Positions 38,431 through 49,156 of a DNA stretch of 64,000 nucleotides are shown piece after piece. Under the pieces are notes generated by a model. That model saw nothing but the letters and a program-made list of their open reading frames with translations, ran no database searches and was not told where the DNA came from. The stretch's first letter is position 1; every line of letters begins with the position of its first letter. A program made the translations under genes and the position numbers. The DNA is from Paludibacteraceae bacterium. GTDB taxonomy: Bacteria > Bacteroidota > Bacteroidia > Bacteroidales > Paludibacteraceae. The stretch is taken from assembly GCA_017630395.1 (NCBI GenBank), contig JAGBVI010000020.1, forward strand, positions 270 to 64,269, read 5' to 3'.

Positions 38431-40011
38431 ATGAGAAAAATTTGTTTTACAATGTTAGCCCTTTTTTTTGCAGTGGTAGCAGCGTGGGGGCAAGCATCTA
38501 AAGGAGAGTTCTCCGGATCTTTTTCGGGGAAGGCAAAGTATGCGTCTGGCAAGAATAATTATTTGTTGGATGAGTACAAAGTTGACTATTTGTACAAAAT
38601 TGTGATGGGAGAACCCATTTGTGTAGCAAATATGACTTGGACACGTAATCCGGGTTATACAGTAAATAAGAAAAATAAAAAATATGCTCAGTTGAGTGAG
38701 TATGAAGATTTGAAGTTGTGCTATGATTTGATTGTGCCTAAGAAAGCAACTTACAAATATACTTTAATGTTCTATTCGGAACAATCTAAGGCTTATATAG
38801 CTTCAGCAACAACTTCAATAACTTTGGATTTGATTGAGAAGGCTGGTTCTGTTGTTTCTCCTGAGATTCCTATGAATTTATCATGGAAAGAAGATTTCTC
38901 AAATGTAGTTTTAGGGAAACAAGATATTGCAAAACCAGGCGTGGTTATCGCGGACGCAACATTGGAGGAGGCTTTTAAAGCGGCTCGTTTGGCGAGTGGA
39001 AAACTTAATTCTACTGAAAGAGGATATTCTTTCCGTTTAAGAAGAATTTTTGATATGGCAACTCGTATAGATGTTGTAAATGTAACGGCAGATTTTGCTT
39101 GGAATGATGCTGATTATAATTATATCTCTGATGAGCATGATAGACGTGTAAAAATGGCATCTTTGTTAGCTGCAAAAGATACTGCAAAGGCAAATGCAGC
39201 TTATTTTGATAATAGAACATCTGCTCCTACTATTAGTAAAAATTCTGTAAATTTCTGGAACTCAACGGTTATCCCTTGCGAGTTGTGGATCTCTTTGTTG
39301 AACGAGGCAGAAAAGCTATATGAGCAAAAGAATTGGGAAGGTTCTCGTGTTTATTATCAACAAGTTGCAGATGCGGCTCCTGAATTGAATTATCCAAAAG
39401 AACGTTTGCAAAAAATTCAAAAATATTTGGAGAAGAAAACAATCCGTAATGTAGGAGATTTGGAATTGATATACGTGGAAGGTTCTAATGGTATCAAGTC
39501 TTTCTATATGGGAAAAATGGAGATTACTCAACGTCAGTGGATGAGAGTTATGCGTAATAATCCATCAAAATTCAAAGGTCGTGGCTTGCCTGTAGATAAT
39601 ATTTCATGGGATGATGCTCAAGCATTTATAGCAGAATTGAACAAGCAAACCGGAATGAAATATCGTTTGCCTCGTGCAGAGGAGTGGGCTTATGCCGCAA
39701 AAGGAGGTGTAAAATCTAGAAATACACAGTATAGTGGAAGTAATAATTTGGATGAAGTTGCGTGGTGTGCGTACAATTCATCCGAAGCTACACATCCTGT
39801 TGCAGAAAAATCTCCTAATGAGTTAGGATTGTATGATATGACAGGAAACTTGTGTGAATGGGTGGTAGATCAATATGATAAGGTTACTCGTTTTGTTAAG
39901 GGTGGTTCTTGGGCTGATGATGCTGTTAATAGTGTTATCTCTGAAAGTGAAAAATTCCCTGCAAAATTCAAAAGTGATCGTATCGGGTTCCGTGTTTGTC
40001 AAGATGAATAA
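38431..40011 (+). CDS. Secreted protein with an unknown N-terminal region and a C-terminal formylglycine-generating-enzyme (SUMF1/FGE-sulfatase) domain
   Basis: 526 aa with a signal peptide (MLALFFAVVAAWGQ). C-terminal FGE-type motifs: VDNISWDDAQAFI, RLPRAEEWAYAAKGG, GLYDMTGNLCEWV, KGGSWAD, IGFRV. Confidence 0.8.
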   Translation: MRKICFTMLALFFAVVAAWGQASKGEFSGSFSGKAKYASGKNNYLLDEYKVDYLYKIVMGEPICVANMTWTRNPGYTVNKKNKKYAQLSEYEDLKLCYDLIVPKKATYKYTLMFYSEQSKAYIASATTSITLDLIEKAGSVVSPEIPMNLSWKEDFSNVVLGKQDIAKPGVVIADATLEEAFKAARLASGKLNSTERGYSFRLRRIFDMATRIDVVNVTADFAWNDADYNYISDEHDRRVKMASLLAAKDTAKANAAYFDNRTSAPTISKNSVNFWNSTVIPCELWISLLNEAEKLYEQKNWEGSRVYYQQVADAAPELNYPKERLQKIQKYLEKKTIRNVGDLELIYVEGSNGIKSFYMGKMEITQRQWMRVMRNNPSKFKGRGLPVDNISWDDAQAFIAELNKQTGMKYRLPRAEEWAYAAKGGVKSRNTQYSGSNNLDEVAWCAYNSSEATHPVAEKSPNELGLYDMTGNLCEWVVDQYDKVTRFVKGGSWADDAVNSVISESEKFPAKFKSDRIGFRVCQDE

Positions 40012-40042
40012 TTTTAGTATAAAATAAAAAATATATAACTTC

Positions 40043-41437
40043 ATGAAAAAAATAGTAGTTTCATTTTTGTTGGCGAGTGGTGTTGCATTATTTTCTGCAA
40101 TGCCGATGATGTCCCAATCATCAACTATTTCTGCCACAGAAAAAGCAGCGCAAGAGGATTATTTCAAAGCTCTTGATGCTCAAATGTCAGGAAAAACGAC
40201 TAATGCGTTGAAATATATAGAATCGGCTGAAAAGAAGTTGAACAAAACAAATGCTCGTTTGTCTTACTTGAAAGCTAAAATTTATAATAGTCTGCACGAT
40301 TATCAAAAGACTCAAGAGGCTTGTCAAAAGTATTTCTCCTTTAATCCAATCAAAGATGATGGGTACCAAGAAATGACCGTTATTTTGGATAATGTAACAA
40401 AGGAGTTGCAGATTATCAGCCAAAAAAGAGCTCAAGAGATGGAAGCTCAACGTTTGGCTGCTGCAGAAAAGAGTCGCATTGATGCGGAAAATGCTCGTGC
40501 AAAGGCAGAACTTAAAAAGTTGGCTATCCAGCGTCGTGCATTGGCAGCAGAAGAACAAAAGGTAAAAGATGAAGAGATTGCCAAGATCTTCAAAACAGTT
40601 CAAACTAAGAATACAAAAGAGGCCTATCAAAAATTTATTTATGACTATCCTTTTGGTGCTTATGCTGATAAAGCAAAGCAAGAGATGGCAAAAAAATGGC
40701 CAACTCCTACTCGTGTTTTAAAGAAAAATAAATATGGCTATGTGAATAAGGCCGGTGATATGGTGGTTAAAGCAAAGTACGATTATGCTACTGATTTCCG
40801 TGAGGATCGTGCTCGTGTAGGTAAAGCCGGAAAGTATGGATTTGTGGATGCTGAAGGTAATGAAGTTGTGCCTATGAAATATGTTGCTGCTAGTAATTAT
40901 AATTATGGTTATGCAGTGGTTAAGACGGGAGAGGATGAGTTTTTCTTTATTGATAAATCCGGAAATAAAATGAATGATATCATCTACTATGATGCAAAGT
41001 CATTTAACGAAGGTTTGGCTGCTGTGCAAAATGAATTTTATAAATATGGTTTTATTGATACCGCAGGAAATGAAGCAATCCCATTCATTTATAATAATGT
41101 CTCTTGGTTTGTTGAAGGCATTGCTGCTGTTTCTAAAAACGAAAATGGTAAGGTTAAATATGGCTATATTGATAAGTCTGGAAATGAAATCACAGAGTTT
41201 ATCTATGATGAGGCAAAAGATTTCCAAGATGGAGTTGCACGTGTTAAGCAAAATGATAAATATGGCTTGATTGATAAGTTTGGAAGTTTTATTATCGAAT
41301 GTGAGTATGATTATATTTCTGAGTTTGGTGCCGATGGTTTGGCATTCTCTCGTCGTAATGGTTGCGATGTTTACTTAGATAAAGAAGGTACTCCTTGGGC
41401 TAAAGTAAAAGGCAATTTGGTAAGAGTTAACTTCTAA
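40043..41437 (+). CDS. Secreted WG-repeat protein with an N-terminal coiled coil
   Basis: 464 aa with a signal peptide and a Glu/Ala/Lys coiled coil (~res 120-180). Six or more WG-type repeats (KYGFVDAEGNEVVPMKY, KYGFIDTAGNEAIPFIY, KYGYIDKSGNEITEFIY, KYGLIDKFGSFIIECEY). Confidence 0.8.
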   Translation: MKKIVVSFLLASGVALFSAMPMMSQSSTISATEKAAQEDYFKALDAQMSGKTTNALKYIESAEKKLNKTNARLSYLKAKIYNSLHDYQKTQEACQKYFSFNPIKDDGYQEMTVILDNVTKELQIISQKRAQEMEAQRLAAAEKSRIDAENARAKAELKKLAIQRRALAAEEQKVKDEEIAKIFKTVQTKNTKEAYQKFIYDYPFGAYADKAKQEMAKKWPTPTRVLKKNKYGYVNKAGDMVVKAKYDYATDFREDRARVGKAGKYGFVDAEGNEVVPMKYVAASNYNYGYAVVKTGEDEFFFIDKSGNKMNDIIYYDAKSFNEGLAAVQNEFYKYGFIDTAGNEAIPFIYNNVSWFVEGIAAVSKNENGKVKYGYIDKSGNEITEFIYDEAKDFQDGVARVKQNDKYGLIDKFGSFIIECEYDYISEFGADGLAFSRRNGCDVYLDKEGTPWAKVKGNLVRVNF

Positions 41438-41456
41438 TTGGATTATATCTGATAGG

Positions 41457-41497
41457 GAGGTTGTGTTAAAAATTTATTTGACACAACCTCTTTAAAG
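41457..41497 (+). terminator. Intrinsic terminator after the WG-repeat gene
   Basis: GAGGTTGTGT-14-nt loop-ACACAACCTC followed by TTTAAAGTTT. Confidence 0.65.
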
Positions 41498-41593
41498 TTT
41501 ATAGGGTTTTATAGACTCGCCTTAAACACCTCTCTTGTCTCCTTTTGACAAGAATGTGCGAGATTGATAGGATAATTATATAGGATTTAGAAT

Positions 41594-43819
41594 ATGGATG
41601 AATTGCATCAGCATACAGAAGAGGAACAACAGTTAATCGAACGCGAATACCAAGCGTTGATAAATGATTATTTGTCATCAAATCATAGACAGAAGGTTGA
41701 AAAAATTGAAAAGGCTTTTCGATTTGCTTGTAAAGCGCATCAAGGGGTGCGTCGTCGTTCCGGAGAACCTTATATTTTACACCCAATTGCGGTGGCTCGT
41801 ATTGTCGCAGGCGAAATCGGGTTAGGTTCCACTTCCATCTGTTCTTCTTTATTGCACGATGTTGTTGAGGATACAGAGTACACTGTAGAGGATATAAAGA
41901 ACCTATTTGGCGAAAAAATTGCCTCTATAGTTGATGGTTTAACCAAAATTTCCGGAGGAGTTTTTGGAGAGAAAGCGTCTGCTCAAGCTGAGAATTTTCG
42001 AAAACTTCTTTTGACGATGTCAGAGGATATTCGAGTTGTCTTGATAAAGATGGCTGACCGATTACATAATATGAGAACGTTGGCCTCTATGCCTCCTGCA
42101 AAACAGTATAAAATTGCAGGAGAAACTCAGTATATCTATGCTCCTCTTGCAAATCGACTTGGATTTTATGCGATTAAAACAGAACTTGAAGACCTTAGTT
42201 TTAAGTATGAACATCCGGATAAATATGCGGAGTTATCCTCTTATTTAGAGCAATCGAAAAATGAACGTGATACCCTCTTTTCTATGTTTGCGGAACCGAT
42301 TAAACATAAGTTAGAAGGGTTAGGGTTGGAGTTTGAAATTCTTGCAAGGGTAAAATCGATTTATTCTATTTGGCGTAAAATGCAAGCTAAAAATATTCCT
42401 TTCGAAGAGGTCTATGACATTCTTGCTTTAAGGATTATTTTTGAATCTAAAGATTGTGATGAAAAGAAAGATTGTTGGGCAATTTATTCTGCCATAACTG
42501 ATATTTATAAACCCCATCCGGAACGTATTCGAGATTGGGTAAATACTCCTAAGGCAAATGGTTATGAAGCACTTCATGTTACTGTTATGGGCCCATTAGG
42601 ACAATGGATTGAGGTGCAAATTCGTAGCCGTAGAATGGATGATATCGCTGAAAAGGGATTTGCCGCACATTGGAAATATAAAACGGGCGAAAAAGATGAT
42701 TCAGAGTTGGAAAAATGGTTGCAGACGATTAAAGAACTACTCGAAAATCCGGAACCTAACGCAATAGATTTTCTCGACACCTTCAAATTGAATCTTTTTG
42801 CTTCCGAAATTTTTGTATTTACGTTGAATGGTGATATCAGAACCCTGCCTCAGGGGGCTACTGCTCTTGATTTTGCTTTCTCTTTACATACGGATATGGG
42901 TATGCAGTGTATTGGAGCTAAAGTAAACCATAATTTGGTGCCGTTAAGTTATGTTCTTAAAAGTGGTGACCAAGTTGAAATTCTTACTTCAAAAAAACAA
43001 AAACCAACTCCGGAATGGATTAATTATGTAACAACTGCTAAGGCTAAATCTAAAATCAGATCTCTTTTCAAAAAAGAGTATAAGTCTTTTATGAAAAAAG
43101 GTGAAAGGGATTTAGAACTCTATTTGGAACAAAAAGGGTTGGCTTTAACTCCTGATAATATTTTTAAGATTTTAGATTATTATCATGAGACAAAAAAGGA
43201 GGAACTTTATTATAAAATTGGAAAACAGATCATCAATTTAGAGGAGTTGTCTTCTACAGTATTCAAGGGAAAACAAAATAAATTGATGAAGTATTGGAAA
43301 TTGACTTTTGGGAAAGCAGATTCTGCTATTCCGTTCTTCTCTTCCAAAAAAGCGGATGCAAAAAAGACGTTAACTTTGACAGAGGACAATTCCGGCGTTA
43401 CATATCGTATTGCGGATTGTTGTTCTCCAATTCCGGGTGACGATGTTTTAGGTTTTATGGAGGAAGATGGTATGTTGGTGGTTCATAAGCGTCAGTGTCC
43501 GGTTGCAATGAAATTGAAATCTAATTATGGAGAACGAATTATTTCGGCCGTATGGGAAACGCATAAAATACTTTCTTTTCCTGCTACTATTGAGATAAAA
43601 GGGACGGATAGAATGGGTATATTAAGTGAAATCGTGAAGGTTATAACAGAAGAGCATGCAGTAAATGTGACAAAAATTAATGTAGAAACCAATGATGGTA
43701 TCTTTGAGGGGCAAATAACGGTTTATGTGCATGATGTTGAGGATGTTAATAATCTTTGTATGACTTTAGTGAAAATCCATGGGGTTAGTTCTGTAAATAG
43801 GGTGGAAACAAATCGGTAG
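41594..43819 (+). CDS. spoT: Bifunctional (p)ppGpp synthetase/hydrolase (RelA/SpoT homologue)
   Basis: 741 aa. HD hydrolase motif (LLHDVVEDT), synthetase domain (RVKSIYSIWRKM, ...DWVNTPKANGYEALH), and TGS and ACT C-terminal domains. Confidence 0.93.
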   Translation: MDELHQHTEEEQQLIEREYQALINDYLSSNHRQKVEKIEKAFRFACKAHQGVRRRSGEPYILHPIAVARIVAGEIGLGSTSICSSLLHDVVEDTEYTVEDIKNLFGEKIASIVDGLTKISGGVFGEKASAQAENFRKLLLTMSEDIRVVLIKMADRLHNMRTLASMPPAKQYKIAGETQYIYAPLANRLGFYAIKTELEDLSFKYEHPDKYAELSSYLEQSKNERDTLFSMFAEPIKHKLEGLGLEFEILARVKSIYSIWRKMQAKNIPFEEVYDILALRIIFESKDCDEKKDCWAIYSAITDIYKPHPERIRDWVNTPKANGYEALHVTVMGPLGQWIEVQIRSRRMDDIAEKGFAAHWKYKTGEKDDSELEKWLQTIKELLENPEPNAIDFLDTFKLNLFASEIFVFTLNGDIRTLPQGATALDFAFSLHTDMGMQCIGAKVNHNLVPLSYVLKSGDQVEILTSKKQKPTPEWINYVTTAKAKSKIRSLFKKEYKSFMKKGERDLELYLEQKGLALTPDNIFKILDYYHETKKEELYYKIGKQIINLEELSSTVFKGKQNKLMKYWKLTFGKADSAIPFFSSKKADAKKTLTLTEDNSGVTYRIADCCSPIPGDDVLGFMEEDGMLVVHKRQCPVAMKLKSNYGERIISAVWETHKILSFPATIEIKGTDRMGILSEIVKVITEEHAVNVTKINVETNDGIFEGQITVYVHDVEDVNNLCMTLVKIHGVSSVNRVETNR

Positions 43820-43942
43820 GTTACTTGAATCTCCTCTTTAAGTCAGTTGATTTGCAAAATCATTACTTTTAATTAACAATAATGTTGTAGTTTGGTTTTA
43901 GGATGGTTTGCTAAGTGATTTATAGAAGTTAACTATAAAAGT

Positions 43943-43980
43943 AAAGGTTCTGTTTAGTGAAATTTCTAAGCAGAACCTTT
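43943..43980. terminator. Bidirectional hairpin terminator between the convergent spoT and ompA-family genes
   Basis: AAAGGTTCTGTTTAG / CTAAGCAGAACCTTT 15-bp stem with one mismatch and an 8-nt loop. Confidence 0.7.
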
Positions 43981-44004
43981 AAAATTTATTTGCCTTAAAA
44001 AAGA

Positions 44005-45933
44005 TTATTTGGCGATAATTAAAATTTCTGTTCTTCGATTTAAAGCTCTTCCTGCTTCTGTACTATTATCGGCGATGGGTTGTGTTTTGCCGTAGCCTTT
44101 GTAGGTCATTCTTGATTTAGGAACACCATGGTTGACCAAATAGTTGTAAGCCGCTTTTGCACGTTCGTTAGAGAGGGTTAAATTGTATTCATTACTTCCC
44201 TTATAGTCGGTATGTCCCGAGAGTTGAATCTTTACTGTCGGATTCTCTTTCATGAATTTGACCACTTGATTTAGCTCGAAGTTAGACTCTTTTTTCAACG
44301 TTGCTTTATCAAAGTCGAAGAAAATGTTGTTGAGTGTCATTTTTTTGCCTACCTCAATCGTTTCCAATTCTACCTCTCCATTTTTTTTAGGCGTTTTCGT
44401 TTTTAATTGAGTTTTTGCTTCAAAGTTATCAGAGTAGAACATGTACCCTTTTTTACTTGCATTGACACCGTATTCCTCATCTTCAGGAACGCAAGCAATA
44501 AAATCGCCGGTTTTCTTATCCGAAACAGAACGGAAAATCAATTTATTGGATTTGACACTGAATACATCTATGGTAGCTTGAATTGGTTGGTTGGTTTCTG
44601 CATCAACAATTTTCCCGGTAGCATATTTCATGCTTTTTCTTGGTTTGAGATTCCCCTCTACCATTTTAAGTTCATAGATATCACGTCCTCTACCATTCTT
44701 TTCTTGTCCGTCTGATGAGAAGTAAGCTTTGTCTCCATTTGCATTTACAACAAATCCAATTTCGTCTTTACATGTATTAATAGGATACCCGATATTTTGA
44801 GGTTCAGTCCAATCGGTACCATTTTTGTAGGTAACAAAAACGTCGTACCCACCCAATCCTTTTCTACCTTTAGATGAGAAGTAGAGAGATTCGTTATCAG
44901 CATGAATAAAAGGAGATAATTCATCTTCGGGAGTGTTGATTGTAGCACTTAGGTTAACAGGTTCTGAAAACTCTAATTTTCCACTTGGTAAAATTTTTAC
45001 TTTACATTTCCATATATCCGATTTCCCTTTCCCTCCGGGTCTATTGCTAGCAAAGTATAGTTCGTCTCCGGTTGGACTTAGGGTAGGGTAGGTTTCCCAA
45101 TGTCGTGTATTAAGAGGGGCTCCGGCATTGATGGCGGGAGACCAAAAATCCCCTTCGCGAATGGAGTAATATATATCACAACCACCCAATCCAACACGAC
45201 GATCACAAGCAACAAAAAACATGTAACGGCTATCAAGGGTTATACTTTGTGCGCCCTCATTGCCAATCGAGTTCATGGCAGCCCCTACATTCTTTGTCGG
45301 AGCCCAAACAATGTTGATTTTTTTACTTAAGTAAATGTCTTCGTGTATGGCTTTCCCGACAGATGATTCACCTTGTTTTTGATTCAGTTTGATGGTTGTA
45401 GAAAAGAAACTCTCATCAGCCGTCAAACTTGGCCAATAATCATCAAATTCGGTATTAATAGCCGTCCCCATATTTTTAAAATTAAAGGGTACAGGATTTG
45501 CGACTAGCTCTAAGGCCTCTTCGCACTTTTTAATTCCGATGACAGCTCTTTTGTAAAATGTGCTTTCAGATTTAGGAATTAATTTATATGTTTCAATCGC
45601 TTTCTCATAATTGCAAGTTTCATGGTATGCTGTCGCCAATCTATTCAACGTGTTGTGATACCTTGCTACTGACGGTTTTGCAATGTAGAGCAAAGTCGAA
45701 ATACGTTTCTCGTCATTACACATCTTTTTATATAGGTCAGACAATGTCCATGAAGCATCGACAAAATTTTTATTTTCTCGAATTAATTCGCGCAAAATAG
45801 GGATAGCTTCTTTATACTTACCATTATTAATTAAAATAACGGCATCTTCGTATGCTTGTATTTCTTTTTTGCTTTGTCCTGATACGGAGAAAGCAAAGAA
45901 AAAAATGGTAATAATAATCAGTAATTTCTTCAT
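44005..45933 (-). CDS. OmpA-family outer-membrane/periplasmic protein with TPR and TolB-like (PD40) beta-propeller repeats
   Basis: The ORF track starts at 45957. I prefer Met9 (MKKLLIIITIFFFAFSVSGQ). C-terminal OmpA_C domain (NNIFFDFDKATL...LSGHTDYKGSNEYNLTLSNERAKA...NRRTEI). Confidence 0.88.
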   Translation of the reverse strand: MKKLLIIITIFFFAFSVSGQSKKEIQAYEDAVILINNGKYKEAIPILRELIRENKNFVDASWTLSDLYKKMCNDEKRISTLLYIAKPSVARYHNTLNRLATAYHETCNYEKAIETYKLIPKSESTFYKRAVIGIKKCEEALELVANPVPFNFKNMGTAINTEFDDYWPSLTADESFFSTTIKLNQKQGESSVGKAIHEDIYLSKKINIVWAPTKNVGAAMNSIGNEGAQSITLDSRYMFFVACDRRVGLGGCDIYYSIREGDFWSPAINAGAPLNTRHWETYPTLSPTGDELYFASNRPGGKGKSDIWKCKVKILPSGKLEFSEPVNLSATINTPEDELSPFIHADNESLYFSSKGRKGLGGYDVFVTYKNGTDWTEPQNIGYPINTCKDEIGFVVNANGDKAYFSSDGQEKNGRGRDIYELKMVEGNLKPRKSMKYATGKIVDAETNQPIQATIDVFSVKSNKLIFRSVSDKKTGDFIACVPEDEEYGVNASKKGYMFYSDNFEAKTQLKTKTPKKNGEVELETIEVGKKMTLNNIFFDFDKATLKKESNFELNQVVKFMKENPTVKIQLSGHTDYKGSNEYNLTLSNERAKAAYNYLVNHGVPKSRMTYKGYGKTQPIADNSTEAGRALNRRTEILIIAK

Positions 45934-46025
45934 GACAATTCGATTATGTTTCCACAAATATATCGAAAAGAGTTTAAATCCCCAAATTTTGTTTCTATGA
46001 ATGGTGTAATTAAAATAAAAAAAAC

Positions 46026-46033
46026 TATATTTG
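46026..46033 (+). promoter_or_regulatory. Candidate -7 box (TATATTTG) for secDF
   Basis: TAnnTTTG match 56 nt upstream of the ATG at 46089. Confidence 0.4.
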
Positions 46034-46088
46034 CAGTTCGAAAAATGTGAATTTTAAAATTTAACAGTAATTTATAAAATTTGTAGAA

Positions 46089-49000
46089 ATGCAGAACAAA
46101 GGATTTGTTAAGGTCATAGCAGCGCTTTTTGCGTTGGTGTGTCTTTTCTACCTTTCTTTCAGTTTAGTATCTCTATATTATTCGAACAAGGCAGAAGAAT
46201 TGTATGGAGAAAACACGGAAGAGTACAAGATGTATCTCGATTCCTTGTCAGGAGAGAAAGTGTGGTTGGGTTACACTTTGAAGGAGTGTAAGGAGAATGA
46301 GTTGAATTTAGGTCTGGACTTAAAAGGCGGAATGAATGTGGTGATGGAAGTTTCTGTTTCCGACATTTTAACAAAGATGGCTGGTTCTAACAGCTCTTCT
46401 GAGTCTTTTAAGAATGCCATGAAGTTGGCAAAGGAGAAACAATTAACTAATCAGCGTGATTTTGTTGATTTGTTTGCTGAATCTTTTAAAGAGGTTAATC
46501 CGGATCAAAATTTATCATCTATTTTTTCAACTTTTGAGTTAAAAGATAAAATTGGAACAACAACTTCGGATGATGATGTTATCAAAGTGCTGAAAGAAGA
46601 AGTTCAAAGTGCAGTAGATAACTCATTTAACGTGTTGCGTTCTCGTATAGACCGTTTTGGTGTTGTTCAGCCAAATATTCAACAATTGGAGGTTGCCGGT
46701 CGTATCCTAATTGAGATGCCTGGTGTAAAAGAACCTGAGCGTGTTCGTAAATTGTTGCAGGGTTCTGCCGATTTGGAATTTTGGGAGACGTTGGACTTCG
46801 CTGAAATTCAAGAACCTATTATGGCAATGAATGCTATGATTAGGGATATGGAGAAGGTTCAAGATGCAACAACTGATTCAAGTGCAACAGTAGAAAGTGT
46901 TAAAGATAGTGCTTCTGTTTCGGGAATTGATAGTTTGTTGGCTTCTGTAACTACAGACTCTGCTGCGGTTAGTCAAGCAAATGCAGAGGAGTGGGCAAAA
47001 GAGAATCCATTATTTGCAAAAATTCAATTGAATATGGACTATCAGTCAGGTCGTGTTGGGCCTGGTCCGTTGATTGGTTATGTGCATGTGAAAGATACTG
47101 CTAAGGTGGCTGAATATTTCCGTTTGGCAGCAGAAAAACGTATTATTCCTTCTGCTCTTCGCCCTAAATGGTCTGTTAAGGCTATTGATGAGGCAGGAAA
47201 CTTCTTTGAATTAGTTGCAATTAATGCAAAAAAACGTGATGGTAAAGCTCCTATGACAGGTTCGGTTATTGCTGATGCTCGCGCCGACTTTAATCAACAC
47301 TCTCGGTCTGTTGTGAGCATGGAGATGAACCAAGAAGGTGCTCAAATGTGGGCGCGTTTAACAAAAGAGAATATTGGTAAATGTATAGCTATCGTTTTGG
47401 ATGGTTATGTATATTCTTATCCAAGAGTAAATGATGAAATTACCGGAGGTAGATCTGAAATTTCTGGAAACTTTACTGTTGATGAGGCAAAAGACTTGGC
47501 AAACGTTTTGAAGTCCGGTAAAATGCCTGCTCCTGCTCATATTGTTCAGGAAGATGTTGTTGGACCATCTTTGGGACAAGAGGCTATTACCGCAGGTTTG
47601 ATCTCTTTCGTAATTGCGTTTGTTTTAGTTTTGGTGTATATGATATTCTATTATGGATTAATTCCAGGACTTATTGCGGATATTGCTTTGTGCTGTAACG
47701 TATTCTTTATCTTTAGTGTCTTGGCTTCTTTCAAAGCTGTTCTAACGTTGCCTGGTATTGCCGGTATTGTCTTAACATTGGGTATGGCTGTGGATGCTAA
47801 TGTGTTGATTTATGAGCGTATTCGTGAAGAGTTAAGAGCAGGAAAGAATATTAAGAAAGCTTTGGCTGATGGTTACAAGAATGCCTTTAGTGCAATCATC
47901 GACTCTAACGTAACAACAATTTTGACCGGTATTATTCTGTTCGTATTTGGAACAGGTCCAATCAAAGGTTTTGCTACCACGTTGATTGTCGGTATTCTTT
48001 GTTCTTTCTTTACCGCTGTATTTATCTCTCGCTTGATTTTCGAGTGGTTGTTGGATAAGTCTGAAAAATACCATAATATTCCATTTACTACTAATATTAC
48101 TAAGAATTGGTTCCAAAATACCAAGTTTGATTTTATTGGTACTCGCAATATTTTCTTCTCTATCTCGGGTGTGATTGTTCTTGTGGGTCTTATTTCTCTA
48201 TTTACTTCCGGCTTGAAACAAGGTGTTGACTTCAGTGGTGGTAGAAACTATATCGTAAGATTTGAAAACCCTGTTTCTACTGTCGAAGTGGCAGATATGT
48301 TGAAAGGTTCGTTTGGAGAAAGTGGTGTAACTGTTATTACTATTGGTGAAAGTAATAAGGTGCGTATCACAACTAATTACCGTATCATGGATAATGATCC
48401 TGCTTTGGATGAAGAAATCCAGAATATAATTTTCAATGGTGTGAAACCGTTGTTGGGTGATGACGTAACTTTGGATATGTTTGTCAATCAATACGCTGTT
48501 CAAGATGGTGTAAAGGTTTCTGAAATTCCGGATGGTGCAGTTTCATACGGTTTGCAAAGTTCTCAAAAAGTGGGTCCTACCATGGCTGATGATATTAAAA
48601 CTTCTGCTGTGTGGGCTGTTGTGATTGCATTGATTGTTATCGGATTGTATATCTTACTTCGTTTTCGTAATATTGCATTTAGTTTGGGTGCCGTAGTTGC
48701 TTTAGTTCATGATACCTTGATTATTATGGGATTGTTCTCTTTGTTGAAAAATGTTATGCCATTCTCAATGGAAATAGATCAATCCTTTATTGCTGCAATT
48801 TTGACTGTCATCGGTTACTCTATCAATGATAAAGTGGTTATTTTTGACCGTATTCGTGAAACCGTAGGATTGTATCCAAATCGTGATAAACGTACAACTA
48901 TCAATGAGGCTCTTAATTCAACGTTGAGTCGTACTTTTAGTACCTCTATGAGTACTTTGGTTGTATTGATTATTATCTTCTTCTTTGGAGGTGAAACAAT

Positions 49001-49130
49001 CAGAGGATTCATTTTTGCAATGTTGATTGGTGTGATTATTGGTACTTACTCTTCTTGGTTTATTGCTACTCCTATTGCATATGATATGCTTAAAGGTGGT
49101 GATGCGAAAGCGTCAGAGGAACGTAAATAA
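46089..49130 (+). CDS. secDF: Protein translocase subunit SecDF (fused)
   Basis: 1013 aa. SecD periplasmic domain plus 6 TM, then a SecF module (FIGTRNIFFSISG...). This fusion is typical of Bacteroidota. Confidence 0.95.
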   Translation: MQNKGFVKVIAALFALVCLFYLSFSLVSLYYSNKAEELYGENTEEYKMYLDSLSGEKVWLGYTLKECKENELNLGLDLKGGMNVVMEVSVSDILTKMAGSNSSSESFKNAMKLAKEKQLTNQRDFVDLFAESFKEVNPDQNLSSIFSTFELKDKIGTTTSDDDVIKVLKEEVQSAVDNSFNVLRSRIDRFGVVQPNIQQLEVAGRILIEMPGVKEPERVRKLLQGSADLEFWETLDFAEIQEPIMAMNAMIRDMEKVQDATTDSSATVESVKDSASVSGIDSLLASVTTDSAAVSQANAEEWAKENPLFAKIQLNMDYQSGRVGPGPLIGYVHVKDTAKVAEYFRLAAEKRIIPSALRPKWSVKAIDEAGNFFELVAINAKKRDGKAPMTGSVIADARADFNQHSRSVVSMEMNQEGAQMWARLTKENIGKCIAIVLDGYVYSYPRVNDEITGGRSEISGNFTVDEAKDLANVLKSGKMPAPAHIVQEDVVGPSLGQEAITAGLISFVIAFVLVLVYMIFYYGLIPGLIADIALCCNVFFIFSVLASFKAVLTLPGIAGIVLTLGMAVDANVLIYERIREELRAGKNIKKALADGYKNAFSAIIDSNVTTILTGIILFVFGTGPIKGFATTLIVGILCSFFTAVFISRLIFEWLLDKSEKYHNIPFTTNITKNWFQNTKFDFIGTRNIFFSISGVIVLVGLISLFTSGLKQGVDFSGGRNYIVRFENPVSTVEVADMLKGSFGESGVTVITIGESNKVRITTNYRIMDNDPALDEEIQNIIFNGVKPLLGDDVTLDMFVNQYAVQDGVKVSEIPDGAVSYGLQSSQKVGPTMADDIKTSAVWAVVIALIVIGLYILLRFRNIAFSLGAVVALVHDTLIIMGLFSLLKNVMPFSMEIDQSFIAAILTVIGYSINDKVVIFDRIRETVGLYPNRDKRTTINEALNSTLSRTFSTSMSTLVVLIIIFFFGGETIRGFIFAMLIGVIIGTYSSWFIATPIAYDMLKGGDAKASEERK

Positions 49131-49156
49131 TAGATTGTATATTATATTTGTGTAAT

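Noticed and set aside
38346-38552. 68-aa minus-strand ORF overlapping the start of the SUMF1-domain gene. Similarly 41499-41786(-) overlaps the spoT start, and 6513-6779(-) spans the junction between the DUF2130 gene start and the 3' end of the glucosaminidase gene.
   Set aside because: They are antisense to promoter and start regions of well-supported genes, and I see no independent evidence for them.
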